This document shows positions 55,026 to 62,415 of a DNA stretch of 64,000 bases, piece after piece (position 1 is the stretch's first letter; the number at the start of each line of letters is the position of its first letter). Both the position numbers and the translations under genes were made by a program. Source of the stretch: a virus. The stretch is from the IMG/VR virus record IMGVR_UViG_3300046163_000090, positions 32,001 to 96,000 of that record; one strand, written 5' to 3'. Below the pieces are notes generated by a model. It saw only the letters and a program-made list of their open reading frames with translations. It did no database searches and was not told the origin of the DNA.

Positions 55026-55456
55026 TTTTTTGACGGAATTGCATAAAAGCCTATAACCATAAAACATAAATCCATGAAAGAGGCTAACATTAAGCCTCCA
55101 GTAAGTTGCACCTGCACCCAATCAGTGCCCCCGAATATCCAAGAAAATATACTCCATCTAGCATTTTCGCCTTTTGGCATTAAAACATCGTATGTAATAT
55201 AAGGGTTCATTGCATAATATATCATCAAGAAACACATAGTAAAGGTTATAGACATAAATAATATCCTGCGAGTTGTTTTGACGAATGGGTCATCTGCTCT
55301 TTTATTCTGATTATCAATTAATGCTTTTAACATTTCTGCATCTCTTGCAGCAAGAATCATTTGATCTTGTCTCTTTTGCTCTAACCAATAATTGATTAAA
55401 TTAGCACCGACTTTAATGCCAGCACCAATCACGGTATTCATAATACTGCCCAACAT
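55022..55456 (-). CDS. Membrane protein, holin-like
   Basis: DPFVKTTRRIL followed by hydrophobic helices and terminal IGFY, resembling 3TM holin families. Confidence 0.55.
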   Translation of the reverse strand: MLGSIMNTVIGAGIKVGANLINYWLEQKRQDQMILAARDAEMLKALIDNQNKRADDPFVKTTRRILFMSITFTMCFLMIYYAMNPYITYDVLMPKGENARWSIFSWIFGGTDWVQVQLTGGLMLASFMDLCFMVIGFYAIPSKK

Positions 55457-55480
55457 ACAATTTAGTACACTAAAATGAAT

Positions 55481-56440
55481 TTATGATGATGGAAAGTCTA
55501 AATTCTGATTAGAAAAATTCTGAACACTATTAACAAATGAAACCCAAGAGCCTGAGTGATACATTAATCTTACATCAATAATATTAATAGAGTCTCTTAG
55601 ATTAGTTACCCGATAGTTCGCTTCCAACGGTATCAGCCAGCTAGGATCTTCTGGCGATTGAGCAAAAACTTTTATACCCCAAGTATCAAGCATATATGAT
55701 GCAATATTATAAACATATAATGAAGTTTGAAAAGTGTAATTTGAGATTTTTGGTAATTGATTAAAAATTATTTTTAATTCATTATTGGTTCCGCCATTGT
55801 TAATAACAATTCTATCACTAAATGGTGGATTTATAATGATTGGCTCTACAGCTCCCGCGTTTGTTATAATTTCTCCTTGTGTATCTTCTGGACCAAGAAG
55901 TGTTTCATCTCTCTGCTTGAAGATAGCTTGATAGTCCGTAGCCTGGTAGTTTATGGAACTTTCAGTTGGAAAAATATCAGCAATAGTAGCTTCTGAATTT
56001 AATGATTGCGCATAGGCTTCTAAATCTTGTAGAGTTAATTCGCTGACCGAAGATTTTCCTGCAAAAGCTAAAGCATTTTCTTCTGTGCCGCCTAAAGTGT
56101 TTTCTATGTAATGCGGTAGCTTGCTGGAATCTCTAGTTTTTGATTGTACTGTACCGCTAGATGCATCAATTTTATTGACATCCCCAATCCAAAGAGAGTT
56201 ATCGGATAGAAAAAGATGTCTAACCTTATACTCTGCTGAGCCAAGATCGTAATTAGCATTTGATTGAGGTATAAAATGCATATTATACCTAAGGTTATCA
56301 TTGGAGTCTAAAAAACCACTAACATTTGAGTTTCCTATAAACCCTTCATTATCATTTATGGCATTTTTTAATTGATTAACATCTCCTGTTGTAAGAGTGT
56401 TATTATTGGAATCTTTGTCGTTAAAATTTACTTGAGTCAT
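55481..56440 (-). CDS. Putative virion structural protein
   Basis: FIPQSNANYDLGSAEYKVRHLFLSDNSL motif seen in phage fibre proteins, upstream GTGTA. Confidence 0.55.
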   Translation of the reverse strand: MTQVNFNDKDSNNNTLTTGDVNQLKNAINDNEGFIGNSNVSGFLDSNDNLRYNMHFIPQSNANYDLGSAEYKVRHLFLSDNSLWIGDVNKIDASSGTVQSKTRDSSKLPHYIENTLGGTEENALAFAGKSSVSELTLQDLEAYAQSLNSEATIADIFPTESSINYQATDYQAIFKQRDETLLGPEDTQGEIITNAGAVEPIIINPPFSDRIVINNGGTNNELKIIFNQLPKISNYTFQTSLYVYNIASYMLDTWGIKVFAQSPEDPSWLIPLEANYRVTNLRDSINIIDVRLMYHSGSWVSFVNSVQNFSNQNLDFPSS

Positions 56441-56461
56441 AGTAACTAAAATTTAGTTACA

Positions 56462-57166
56462 CTATTTTTGTTCAATTTTCTTTATGATGTAAGATAGTAT
56501 TTCACTGCGTAGTATATCCTCGAAACCAAATGAAAAGCATTGAATACCGTTGTCTTTGCTTTGATCGTCATTAAATAGGTCAAACATCTGCTTAAATCCA
56601 CTCTTGCCATTAATGTCGCTTTGCATATAATCTCCACAAATAAATAACTGTGAATCTCTACCAATTCTAGTTAATAAAGTTGTTAATTCTTTAAAAGTAA
56701 AATTTTGAGCTTCATCCGCGACAACTACTTTATTTATCCAGTTTGCGCCCCTGAGGAAGTTGACTGGCATTGCTTGAACTCTTTCTTTTCGTATTAATTC
56801 GTCAACTAATCCCGTGTTTGACGGTATTAGCTCTCTTAATTTTTCATCTAATGGAGCCATATATGGATTAAGTTTTTCGTGTAGATCTCCAGGTAGAAAA
56901 CCTAAACCTTTGTCCGCGCTTTCAATTACAGTTCTAACATAAAGCAAGTCTAAATCGTCGTTTTTCTTTAGTTGCTTGAGTGCGCAGTACACTGCCATGA
57001 ATGTTTTCGTTGATCCTGCAGGTCCAGAAATAAAAATAACTTTATTTCTCTCATCCAAAGAAAGCCTTACTAATGATTTTTGTTTCTCCGTTAGTCCTAA
57101 ATTCTTAACGGTAATCTTTGAAGGTTTCAATTGGCCGATTTCTAGGTCGTTTTTTCTTTTTGACAT
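56462..57166 (-). CDS. phoH: PhoH-family ATPase
   Basis: GPAGSTKT, LGFLPGDL.EK..PY, FLRG, ADEAQN, LLTRIG, GD..QSD and DILRS. Confidence 0.95.
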   Translation of the reverse strand: MSKRKNDLEIGQLKPSKITVKNLGLTEKQKSLVRLSLDERNKVIFISGPAGSTKTFMAVYCALKQLKKNDDLDLLYVRTVIESADKGLGFLPGDLHEKLNPYMAPLDEKLRELIPSNTGLVDELIRKERVQAMPVNFLRGANWINKVVVADEAQNFTFKELTTLLTRIGRDSQLFICGDYMQSDINGKSGFKQMFDLFNDDQSKDNGIQCFSFGFEDILRSEILSYIIKKIEQK

Positions 57167-57262
57167 ATTATCTTAAATGTAATACACAACAATTCTTAAT
57201 TAAGTGAAAACTTCAACACGAAATTCTTAAATTGCAATTTCGTATTATTTATTAAATTATTA

Positions 57263-57805
57263 TTATTGTGAATGAAGTTGAATAAAATCATAAAAAATTT
57301 CATTTCTTTTTCTGGGATTAGAATAAAACCAATTCCAAGCATAACTATTTTGTATTTTTGATATTTTATCTTTTAATTCATTTATATTGCTCTGTAATAT
57401 ATCGAGCTCTTCTATAGTTATTTGAGAAATGTCGGGGGCAATAGATGCTTGTCTGCCAGCATCAAGCAGTTGCTGAAGGTTGCCACTTTTTTTTGCTTCG
57501 GCAGCTTGGGTATAAATTTTTGTGTTTTGTTTTTTATTATCGACTCTATCAGGATGAGTATTAACCATTATCTTTCTAAATAGCTTTTTAGAAGAAGAAG
57601 TTGATAAATCCGCGCGGACATTTTGAGTCTCAGATTCAGTTTTTGAAAATGGATCGCCAAGATCGTTTTCGGTACAAAATTTAGAAATACTATTTACAAA
57701 TTCAATTCCAATTTGATTAAATGTTTTTTTTATTTCTTTATATTCTGTATTCAATTCTTTCCATTCTCTTCTTAATTTATAATACTTTGTCTTCTTATAT
57801 GACAT
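57263..57805 (-). CDS. Second J-domain protein
   Basis: KKLFRKIMVNTHPDR, with the same architecture as 29478-30155. Confidence 0.75.
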   Translation of the reverse strand: MSYKKTKYYKLRREWKELNTEYKEIKKTFNQIGIEFVNSISKFCTENDLGDPFSKTESETQNVRADLSTSSSKKLFRKIMVNTHPDRVDNKKQNTKIYTQAAEAKKSGNLQQLLDAGRQASIAPDISQITIEELDILQSNINELKDKISKIQNSYAWNWFYSNPRKRNEIFYDFIQLHSQ

Positions 57806-57851
57806 TGATGATTAAAGATACATATTATCATAATTAGCCGCCGACATATTT

Positions 57852-58049
57852 TCAATTTATATATTCTATATCTTGTTTTTTAAATTTTTGTGTTTTATTT
57901 TCTTTTGTAAATTGATTATCTATCATTTCTACTATTATATATACTTCTTTATCTACTGTAGTTTCAAGTACTATTTCTGCTTTAAAACGCCCAAACTTAG
58001 TATTTACCCAGCATAAAGAGCGACTTTCGCCGCTTTCTTCCGCATTCAT
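57852..58049 (-). CDS. Hypothetical protein
   Basis: 65-aa ORF co-oriented within the operon. Confidence 0.55.
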   Translation of the reverse strand: MNAEESGESRSLCWVNTKFGRFKAEIVLETTVDKEVYIIVEMIDNQFTKENKTQKFKKQDIEYIN

Positions 58050-58057
58050 ACATCAAT

Positions 58058-58285
58058 TTACTGTTCCGACTCGGTATTTTTAACTAAAGTAATAACAATT
58101 TGATTATTATCTGTTATTCTTTCTGAGTCTAATATGTATCCATGGTTGAATACGGCTTTTAATAATTGAATTTTATATTGTTTCTCTAATTCAAGCGCAA
58201 CTTTTTCTGGGGCTTCGCTATTGCCGCAGTTAGAATACCATACATTGTCACTGTATTCTTCGCAAATTGATAAGATTGTGTTCAT
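58058..58285 (-). CDS. Hypothetical protein
   Basis: 75-aa ORF with a GTGTA motif 12 nt upstream. Confidence 0.6.
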   Translation of the reverse strand: MNTILSICEEYSDNVWYSNCGNSEAPEKVALELEKQYKIQLLKAVFNHGYILDSERITDNNQIVITLVKNTESEQ

Positions 58286-58467
58286 TTACTGTATATTTAC
58301 ACTGATTTTAGGCCGCCGATTTTTTTTGATTAAGCAATAATTTGTATATTTTGAATTGTCAGGGGATATTGAGAAATACCACCCCCCGCCACTATGTCAA
58401 GCTCTAATGATGATTTTTTTTTGAGAAATGGGTGGGTTAATTATATAAAACTTTTTTTCTTTTTTGC

Positions 58468-58496
58468 TTGCAATTAGCTTTCTAATATGCTACCTT
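58468..58496 (+). promoter_or_regulatory. Sigma70-like early promoter
   Basis: TTGCAA-17nt-TACCTT, ATG 5 nt downstream. Confidence 0.75.
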
Positions 58497-58501
58497 TAGG
58501 T

Positions 58502-58687
58502 ATGTTTAAATTAAATGATATAGTACGTGTCAAATATGGCACACACAAGGGTAAAACCTTTCAAGTCGTGGGCTTCGCTCGCAAAGATAGCCTCGGCAAG
58601 TTAATTACTTGCAAGTTGTATCGTTCTCAGTATCGCTTTAACTTCATGCCTTGGCAAATCGAAGTTAACCCTTTACTTGCAAAATAA
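58502..58687 (+). CDS. Small KOW/SH3-like hypothetical protein (start re-called)
   Basis: MFKLNDIVRVKYGTHKGKTFQV, with the ATG directly after the -10 box. Confidence 0.65.
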   Translation: MFKLNDIVRVKYGTHKGKTFQVVGFARKDSLGKLITCKLYRSQYRFNFMPWQIEVNPLLAK

Positions 58688-58699
58688 ATCACTTTGTGC

Positions 58700-58728
58700 T
58701 TGCAATTCACTAAAAAATTTCTTAGAGT
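58700..58728 (+). promoter_or_regulatory. Sigma70-like early promoter
   Basis: TTGCAA-17nt-TAGAGT, ATG 8 nt downstream. Confidence 0.75.
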
Positions 58729-58736
58729 ATACTTAT

Positions 58737-58925
58737 ATGACAAAGACAACAAAATTCAAAAAGGGTGATGTCCTAATCTCACGAGACAAAAAAGTCTTCC
58801 AATTTATCCAAGCTATCGAACATGAAGATCTCGGTACTATCGCAATGGTTCGCCCGTATCGCACCAATCGCAAGGTTGGCATCCGTTTTGAGGATGTAAG
58901 AATTCATCCACTTTTTACAAAATAA
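58737..58925 (+). CDS. Small SH3-like hypothetical protein (start re-called)
   Basis: MTKTTKFKKGDVL...; resembles the previous gene (LG..I, PL..K end). Confidence 0.65.
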   Translation: MTKTTKFKKGDVLISRDKKVFQFIQAIEHEDLGTIAMVRPYRTNRKVGIRFEDVRIHPLFTK

Positions 58926-58937
58926 TTATCTTTTTTC

Positions 58938-58966
58938 TTGCAATTAACTAAAAAATTTCTTAAAGT
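58938..58966 (+). promoter_or_regulatory. Sigma70-like early promoter
   Basis: TTGCAA-17nt-TAAAGT, ATG 6 nt downstream. Confidence 0.75.
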
Positions 58967-58972
58967 AATACT

Positions 58973-59215
58973 ATGATAAACAACAATAACACACTCACAC
59001 AAGTCAGGAAACAATTAGACTCCAAGCTCGATCTTGGGCTCGCACTCTCTAAGGCAGAAGGCAATCTAAACTTTTTGGCTCAGCAATCAAATTCTAATGA
59101 TTCAGAAATTGGAATCACTGAAGGCATGGCAATCATGGACTCTTTGCACGCAGTACAACAAGCACGCAAGGCATGGCAAGACATTCTGCACAATGAAGTT
59201 GCAGATAGAAAATAA
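58973..59215 (+). CDS. Hypothetical protein
   Basis: 80-aa helical ORF directly after its promoter. Confidence 0.7.
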   Translation: MINNNNTLTQVRKQLDSKLDLGLALSKAEGNLNFLAQQSNSNDSEIGITEGMAIMDSLHAVQQARKAWQDILHNEVADRK

Positions 59216-59218
59216 AGC

Positions 59219-59246
59219 TTGACATCATTTTAGTATTAGCCATAAT
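59219..59246 (+). promoter_or_regulatory. Sigma70-like promoter
   Basis: TTGACA-16nt-CATAAT, ATG 6 nt downstream. Confidence 0.7.
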
Positions 59247-59252
59247 AGAGAC

Positions 59253-59312
59253 ATGACATTCATAATAATAGGACTGATAGCATTCACAATAGGAGCATTA
59301 CAAGGAATATGA
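59253..59312 (+). CDS. 19-aa hydrophobic microprotein (not in ORF track)
   Basis: MTFIIIGLIAFTIGALQGI*. The ATG is at the leaderless position and the TGA overlaps the next ATG (ATGA). Confidence 0.55.
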   Translation: MTFIIIGLIAFTIGALQGI

Positions 59313-59617
59313 GAAAAGTAACACAACAAATAAAACAAGCCTTTGACAATGGGCAAAAGCTAAAAGTAAACAACACCAAGACAGACGGAAAGACCGTTTG
59401 GCTACATGGTAACGCGATTGTCAAACGCGATCCTGACGGGTTAGTGCGTTGGTCGCTCGCAGGTTGGAATACATCAACCACACGCGAACGCGTCAATGGT
59501 ATAGCAAACGCGGGCGTTTGTCAAGTAGATTTTGAACCCGTCTTAAATGGTGAAATAATTGACTCATCCGATTGGTTTGCTAGCAACCAAAAGTTGCCCG
59601 ATCCTCTCGTGTGGTAA
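59309..59617 (+). CDS. Phage hypothetical protein
   Basis: MRK.......AF...LHGN.I...GW...TT.ER.N pattern, recalled from phage early regions but not searched. Confidence 0.72.
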   Translation: MRKVTQQIKQAFDNGQKLKVNNTKTDGKTVWLHGNAIVKRDPDGLVRWSLAGWNTSTTRERVNGIANAGVCQVDFEPVLNGEIIDSSDWFASNQKLPDPLVW

Positions 59618-59646
59618 GTTGGCACGAAACCTGTCCCTAACTTCCC

Positions 59647-59713
59647 TAAGTTGCTACCTATCAGCGACTTAGGGAAGCCTGGCTGCCATAAGTACTTGGT
59701 AATCAATGAGTTG
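59647..59713 (+). repeat. 67-bp tripartite palindromic element, copy 1
   Basis: TAAGTTGCTACCTATCAGCGACTTA + GGGAAGCCTGGCTGCCA + TAAGTACTTGGTAATCAATGAGTTG. Confidence 0.9.
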
Positions 59714-59725
59714 TACAACAACTGA

Positions 59726-59914
59726 GGCCCGCCCGTAGTAGAACGATTCTATTTGTCGACTACGGTACCAGGCCCGCCCGTAGTAGAACGATTCTATTTG
59801 TCGACTACGGTACCAGGCCCGCCCGTAGTAGAACGATTCTATTTGTCGACTACGGTACCAGGCCCGCCCGTAGTAGAACGATTCTATTTGTCGACTACGG
59901 TACCAGGCCCGCCC
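59726..59914 (+). repeat. 45-bp tandem array A (4 perfect copies plus a partial)
   Basis: Unit GGCCCGCCCGTAGTAGAACGATTCTATTTGTCGACTACGGTACCA. Confidence 0.97.
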
Positions 59915-59984
59915 TGGGTATGGTATTGTTATTTGAGGCCCGCAAAAAAACTTTGTTTTTGTGAATAACTTAAGTGCTTTTTTC

Positions 59985-60013
59985 TTGCAATTAGCTTATG
60001 CCTATGCTAGGTT
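59985..60013 (+). promoter_or_regulatory. Sigma70-like early promoter
   Basis: TTGCAA-17nt-TAGGTT (TG extended), ATG 8 nt downstream. Confidence 0.75.
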
Positions 60014-60021
60014 ATACTTAT

Positions 60022-60195
60022 ATGACAAACGAAATTCAAACACATCTCACAAAATTAGGAATCGACAAGTTCATCGAAGACAATGAACTTCAGCTTGTGG
60101 TCTGCCTTCATGCTGATCATATGCTTTGGGAATGCCCAGGTGGTCACCTGTGGAATATTCAAATGATAAAAGATGCCGCAGATAAAAGTTTATAA
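60022..60195 (+). CDS. Hypothetical protein (start re-called)
   Basis: MTNEIQTHL..., with the ATG following the promoter. Confidence 0.6.
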   Translation: MTNEIQTHLTKLGIDKFIEDNELQLVVCLHADHMLWECPGGHLWNIQMIKDAADKSL

Positions 60196-60210
60196 TTAGC
60201 CTTTTTTTGC

Positions 60211-60239
60211 TTGCAATAAAACCATTAAACTGCTAACTT
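60211..60239 (+). promoter_or_regulatory. Sigma70-like early promoter
   Basis: TTGCAA-17nt-TAACTT, ATG 8 nt downstream. Confidence 0.75.
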
Positions 60240-60247
60240 ATACTTAT

Positions 60248-60448
60248 ATGACAGATAATGACTCACTCGCCCGTACTGCTCACGCCTTCGGTATCACTGA
60301 TGTTGAATTCCAAGCTCAACAAAAAGAGCTTGCGCGCCTCGCTCGCCTCGAAAAGATAATCGCTGACATCAGGAATAGTGACGAATCTGCCGAGATGCCC
60401 GAAGTGCATCGCAATCATGAAGAACCAAGCTTTGACTTATTCAACTAA
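60248..60448 (+). CDS. Hypothetical protein
   Basis: 66-aa ORF after its promoter. Confidence 0.7.
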   Translation: MTDNDSLARTAHAFGITDVEFQAQQKELARLARLEKIIADIRNSDESAEMPEVHRNHEEPSFDLFN

Positions 60449-60470
60449 TAACAATAAACATTATAACACT

Positions 60471-60656
60471 ATGAAAGACACCCAACACAAAGGAACACTA
60501 GCAAAAGTTAATATTGTCGATGCAAAGACAGGCGAAACCGTTCAAGAGAATGTGATGATGCAGGTTGAAGAATGCAAAACAATAGACCAAATAAATAAAG
60601 AGTTGGCAATGTTTTTCTTGCCAAGACGCTTTGAATTGGTAGAATGGGTAAAATAG
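60471..60656 (+). CDS. Hypothetical protein (start re-called at MKDTQ)
   Basis: The re-called start removes the overlap with the preceding gene. Confidence 0.6.
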   Translation: MKDTQHKGTLAKVNIVDAKTGETVQENVMMQVEECKTIDQINKELAMFFLPRRFELVEWVK

Positions 60657-60668
60657 AAAGGAATTAAA

Positions 60669-60896
60669 ATGTCAGATAACACATACAATGGATGGGCAAA
60701 TTGGGCAACTTGGAACGTCGCCCTTTGGTTAGGAAACGATGAAGGCTTGTATAGGCTTTCCCGCAGGTTCGTGAGTTACAAGGATCTTGCTGACGCTCTT
60801 GAGGAAGTGGGCACCCTCAGCACTCCTGACGGAGCAAGCTACAAGGATGAAGATCTTGACACCTATGCGCTTGATGAATGGCTTATGGACGAATAA
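60669..60896 (+). CDS. Phage hypothetical protein (YNGW.N..TW.V.LW type)
   Basis: YNGWANWATWNVALWLGNDEGLY motif, with AAAGGA SD upstream. Confidence 0.75.
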   Translation: MSDNTYNGWANWATWNVALWLGNDEGLYRLSRRFVSYKDLADALEEVGTLSTPDGASYKDEDLDTYALDEWLMDE

Positions 60897-60900
60897 TCCA

Positions 60901-60967
60901 TAAGTCGTTGATTATTAGGGGTTTAGGCGAGCCAGGCTGCCATAAGTACTTGGTAATCAGTGAATTA
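60901..60967 (+). repeat. 67-bp tripartite palindromic element, copy 2
   Basis: TAAGTCGTTGATTATTAGGGGTTTA + GGCGAGCCAGGCTGCCA + TAAGTACTTGGTAATCAGTGAATTA. Confidence 0.9.
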
Positions 60968-60979
60968 TAAAACTCATAA

Positions 60980-61144
60980 GGCCCGCCCGTAGTATAACTG
61001 CGCTATTTGTCGACTACGGCACCAGGCCCGCCCGTAGTATAACTGCGCTATTTGTCGACTACGGCACCAGGCCCGCCCGTAGTATAACTGCGCTATTTGT
61101 CGACTACGGCACCAGGCCCGCCCGTAGTATAACTGCGCTATTTG
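60980..61144 (+). repeat. 45-bp tandem array B (3 perfect copies plus 30 bp)
   Basis: Unit GGCCCGCCCGTAGTATAACTGCGCTATTTGTCGACTACGGCACCA. Confidence 0.97.
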
Positions 61145-61171
61145 AGGTCTATAAAAAAAACGAAAAAAAGC

Positions 61172-61200
61172 TTGCAATTAGTTTCTGACTTTGCTAGATT
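61172..61200 (+). promoter_or_regulatory. Sigma70-like early promoter
   Basis: TTGCAA-17nt-TAGATT, ATG 6 nt downstream. Confidence 0.75.
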
Positions 61201-61206
61201 ACTTAT

Positions 61207-61398
61207 ATGACTAAAAAAGAAATGCTCACCGAAATTACAACACTTCGCAAAGCTCTTCAAAGCTCTGCTGATTTCACCCCTACTGATCGCATAGTAATCC
61301 GTAACGCGATTGGCGATCTTCAAGACAAGATTGATCTCCTCGACTTTCAAGAGTACGAGGATATTGATTATGGATACCATGCCCAGTACGACTTATAA
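61207..61398 (+). CDS. Hypothetical protein
   Basis: 63-aa helical ORF after its promoter. Confidence 0.7.
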   Translation: MTKKEMLTEITTLRKALQSSADFTPTDRIVIRNAIGDLQDKIDLLDFQEYEDIDYGYHAQYDL

Positions 61399-61403
61399 TA
61401 AAC

Positions 61404-61607
61404 ATGAAATACCTACTTACTAAATCAGACGACGCACATATAATCATTGCACAAGTCGATCACTCATTCAAGAAAAGATCGCCACATGAGTTCTTCGTTA
61501 GTCGAGACTTTTTAAATGTCAATGTTAAAAATGGAAATTTTACTGACATTACCGACAGGGTAGATTGGGATGGCAAAGTTTGGATACTAACAGAAGATAT
61601 GACATAA
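61404..61607 (+). CDS. Hypothetical protein
   Basis: 67 aa; its stop codon is the first TAA of repeat element 3. Confidence 0.65.
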   Translation: MKYLLTKSDDAHIIIAQVDHSFKKRSPHEFFVSRDFLNVNVKNGNFTDITDRVDWDGKVWILTEDMT

Positions 61608-61671
61608 GTCTTTGATAATCAAGGGCTTAGGCCCGCCAGGCCGCCCTAAGTCGTTGACATTCAGCTACTTA
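61605..61671 (+). repeat. 67-bp tripartite palindromic element, copy 3
   Basis: TAAGTCTTTGATAATCAAGGGCTTA + GGCCCGCCAGGCCGCCC + TAAGTCGTTGACATTCAGCTACTTA. Confidence 0.9.
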
Positions 61672-61726
61672 CAACAAAAATACATAGAGACACCATATGT
61701 CTCTGGGTATGTGTTATACTGTAGGT

Positions 61727-62053
61727 ATGATTACAATAGAACACATTGACGACCAAACTTTCAACGCCACCGTAGAGTGGGACATGTACCTCATCGAGGT
61801 CGAGGGTACAGTATGGACTGAGCAGGAAGATAACCTGTGGGGTGACCAGGTCGAATCAGTTTCGACCATCGCCCATTTTGACGCAGTGACCGATATGAAG
61901 GTGTCAAGCAAAATGACTGGTGATGAAGTTGAGGTGCTAAACCTAGACTTCGCCGAGCTAGTCGTTCACCAGCTCAAGGAAGCTATCTGTGAGGAGGTCT
62001 ACTCAGAGGAGTGTCAAGTAGATTATTCGCCATACTATCATGATATGGCGTAA
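61727..62053 (+). CDS. Acidic hypothetical protein (start re-called at MITIEH)
   Basis: Extended -10 TGTTATACT (61712-61720) 6 nt upstream; the stop is the first TAA of element 4. Confidence 0.7.
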   Translation: MITIEHIDDQTFNATVEWDMYLIEVEGTVWTEQEDNLWGDQVESVSTIAHFDAVTDMKVSSKMTGDEVEVLNLDFAELVVHQLKEAICEEVYSEECQVDYSPYYHDMA

Positions 62054-62117
62054 GTCGTTGGCTGCCAGTAACTTAGGGCAGCCAGGCTGCCATAAGCCAC
62101 TAATAATAAGCAACTTA
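62051..62117 (+). repeat. 67-bp tripartite palindromic element, copy 4
   Basis: TAAGTCGTTGGCTGCCAGTAACTTA + GGGCAGCCAGGCTGCCA + TAAGCCACTAATAATAAGCAACTTA. Confidence 0.9.
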
Positions 62118-62170
62118 TGACATTTCCTTCTTGGCTCGCGGAGCTGATCCCTTTTAGGTTTGGCTATTTG

Positions 62171-62356
62171 CTATTTGACCTTTTCGAGCTTAATTGGGCG
62201 ATCAACAAAATATATGTAATCCTGTTTTACTCTTCTGCCCGCGAGCTTAGCTAATTGTAAAGCCTCGCTTTCTCTTCTAACTTCGTCAACCATTTTGCCA
62301 AAAGCAAACACTTGAAACCATTCTTTGAAATTTGGATTTTTTCTTACACTTATCAT
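62171..62356 (-). CDS. Hypothetical protein
   Basis: 61-aa ORF, last of a minus-strand run. Confidence 0.65.
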   Translation of the reverse strand: MISVRKNPNFKEWFQVFAFGKMVDEVRRESEALQLAKLAGRRVKQDYIYFVDRPIKLEKVK

Positions 62357-62357
62357 T

Positions 62358-62408
62358 TTATTCTGCCTCCCATATCATATAAAATACAAACAACCAATTC
62401 ATAAACAT
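62358..62408 (-). CDS. Possible 16-aa hydrophobic microprotein (not in ORF track)
   Basis: MFMNWLFVFYMIWEAE* fills the gap between two co-oriented genes. Confidence 0.35.
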   Translation of the reverse strand: MFMNWLFVFYMIWEAE

Positions 62409-62415
62409 TAATAAT

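Noticed and set aside
59619-59636. Sigma54 promoter (TTGGCACG-aaac-CTGT)
   Set aside because: The -24 box is perfect, but the -12 box has two mismatches and only one copy was noticed, which is insufficient.
59726-61144. 45-bp arrays as CRISPR or TIGR-like guide arrays
   Set aside because: Units within each array are identical, so there are no unique spacers, and no cas or Nop-domain gene is visible in the window.
59753-61177. ORFs 59753-59968 (+) and 60974-61177 (-) as real repeat proteins
   Set aside because: They are translations of the 45-bp arrays, on opposite strands for homologous DNA, with no matching promoter or start context.
61686-61704. AGAGACA-CCATA-TGTCTCT hairpin as a terminator
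   Set aside because: It has no U-tract and overlaps the expected -35 region of the next promoter; it may be an operator, but a single copy is not enough to call.
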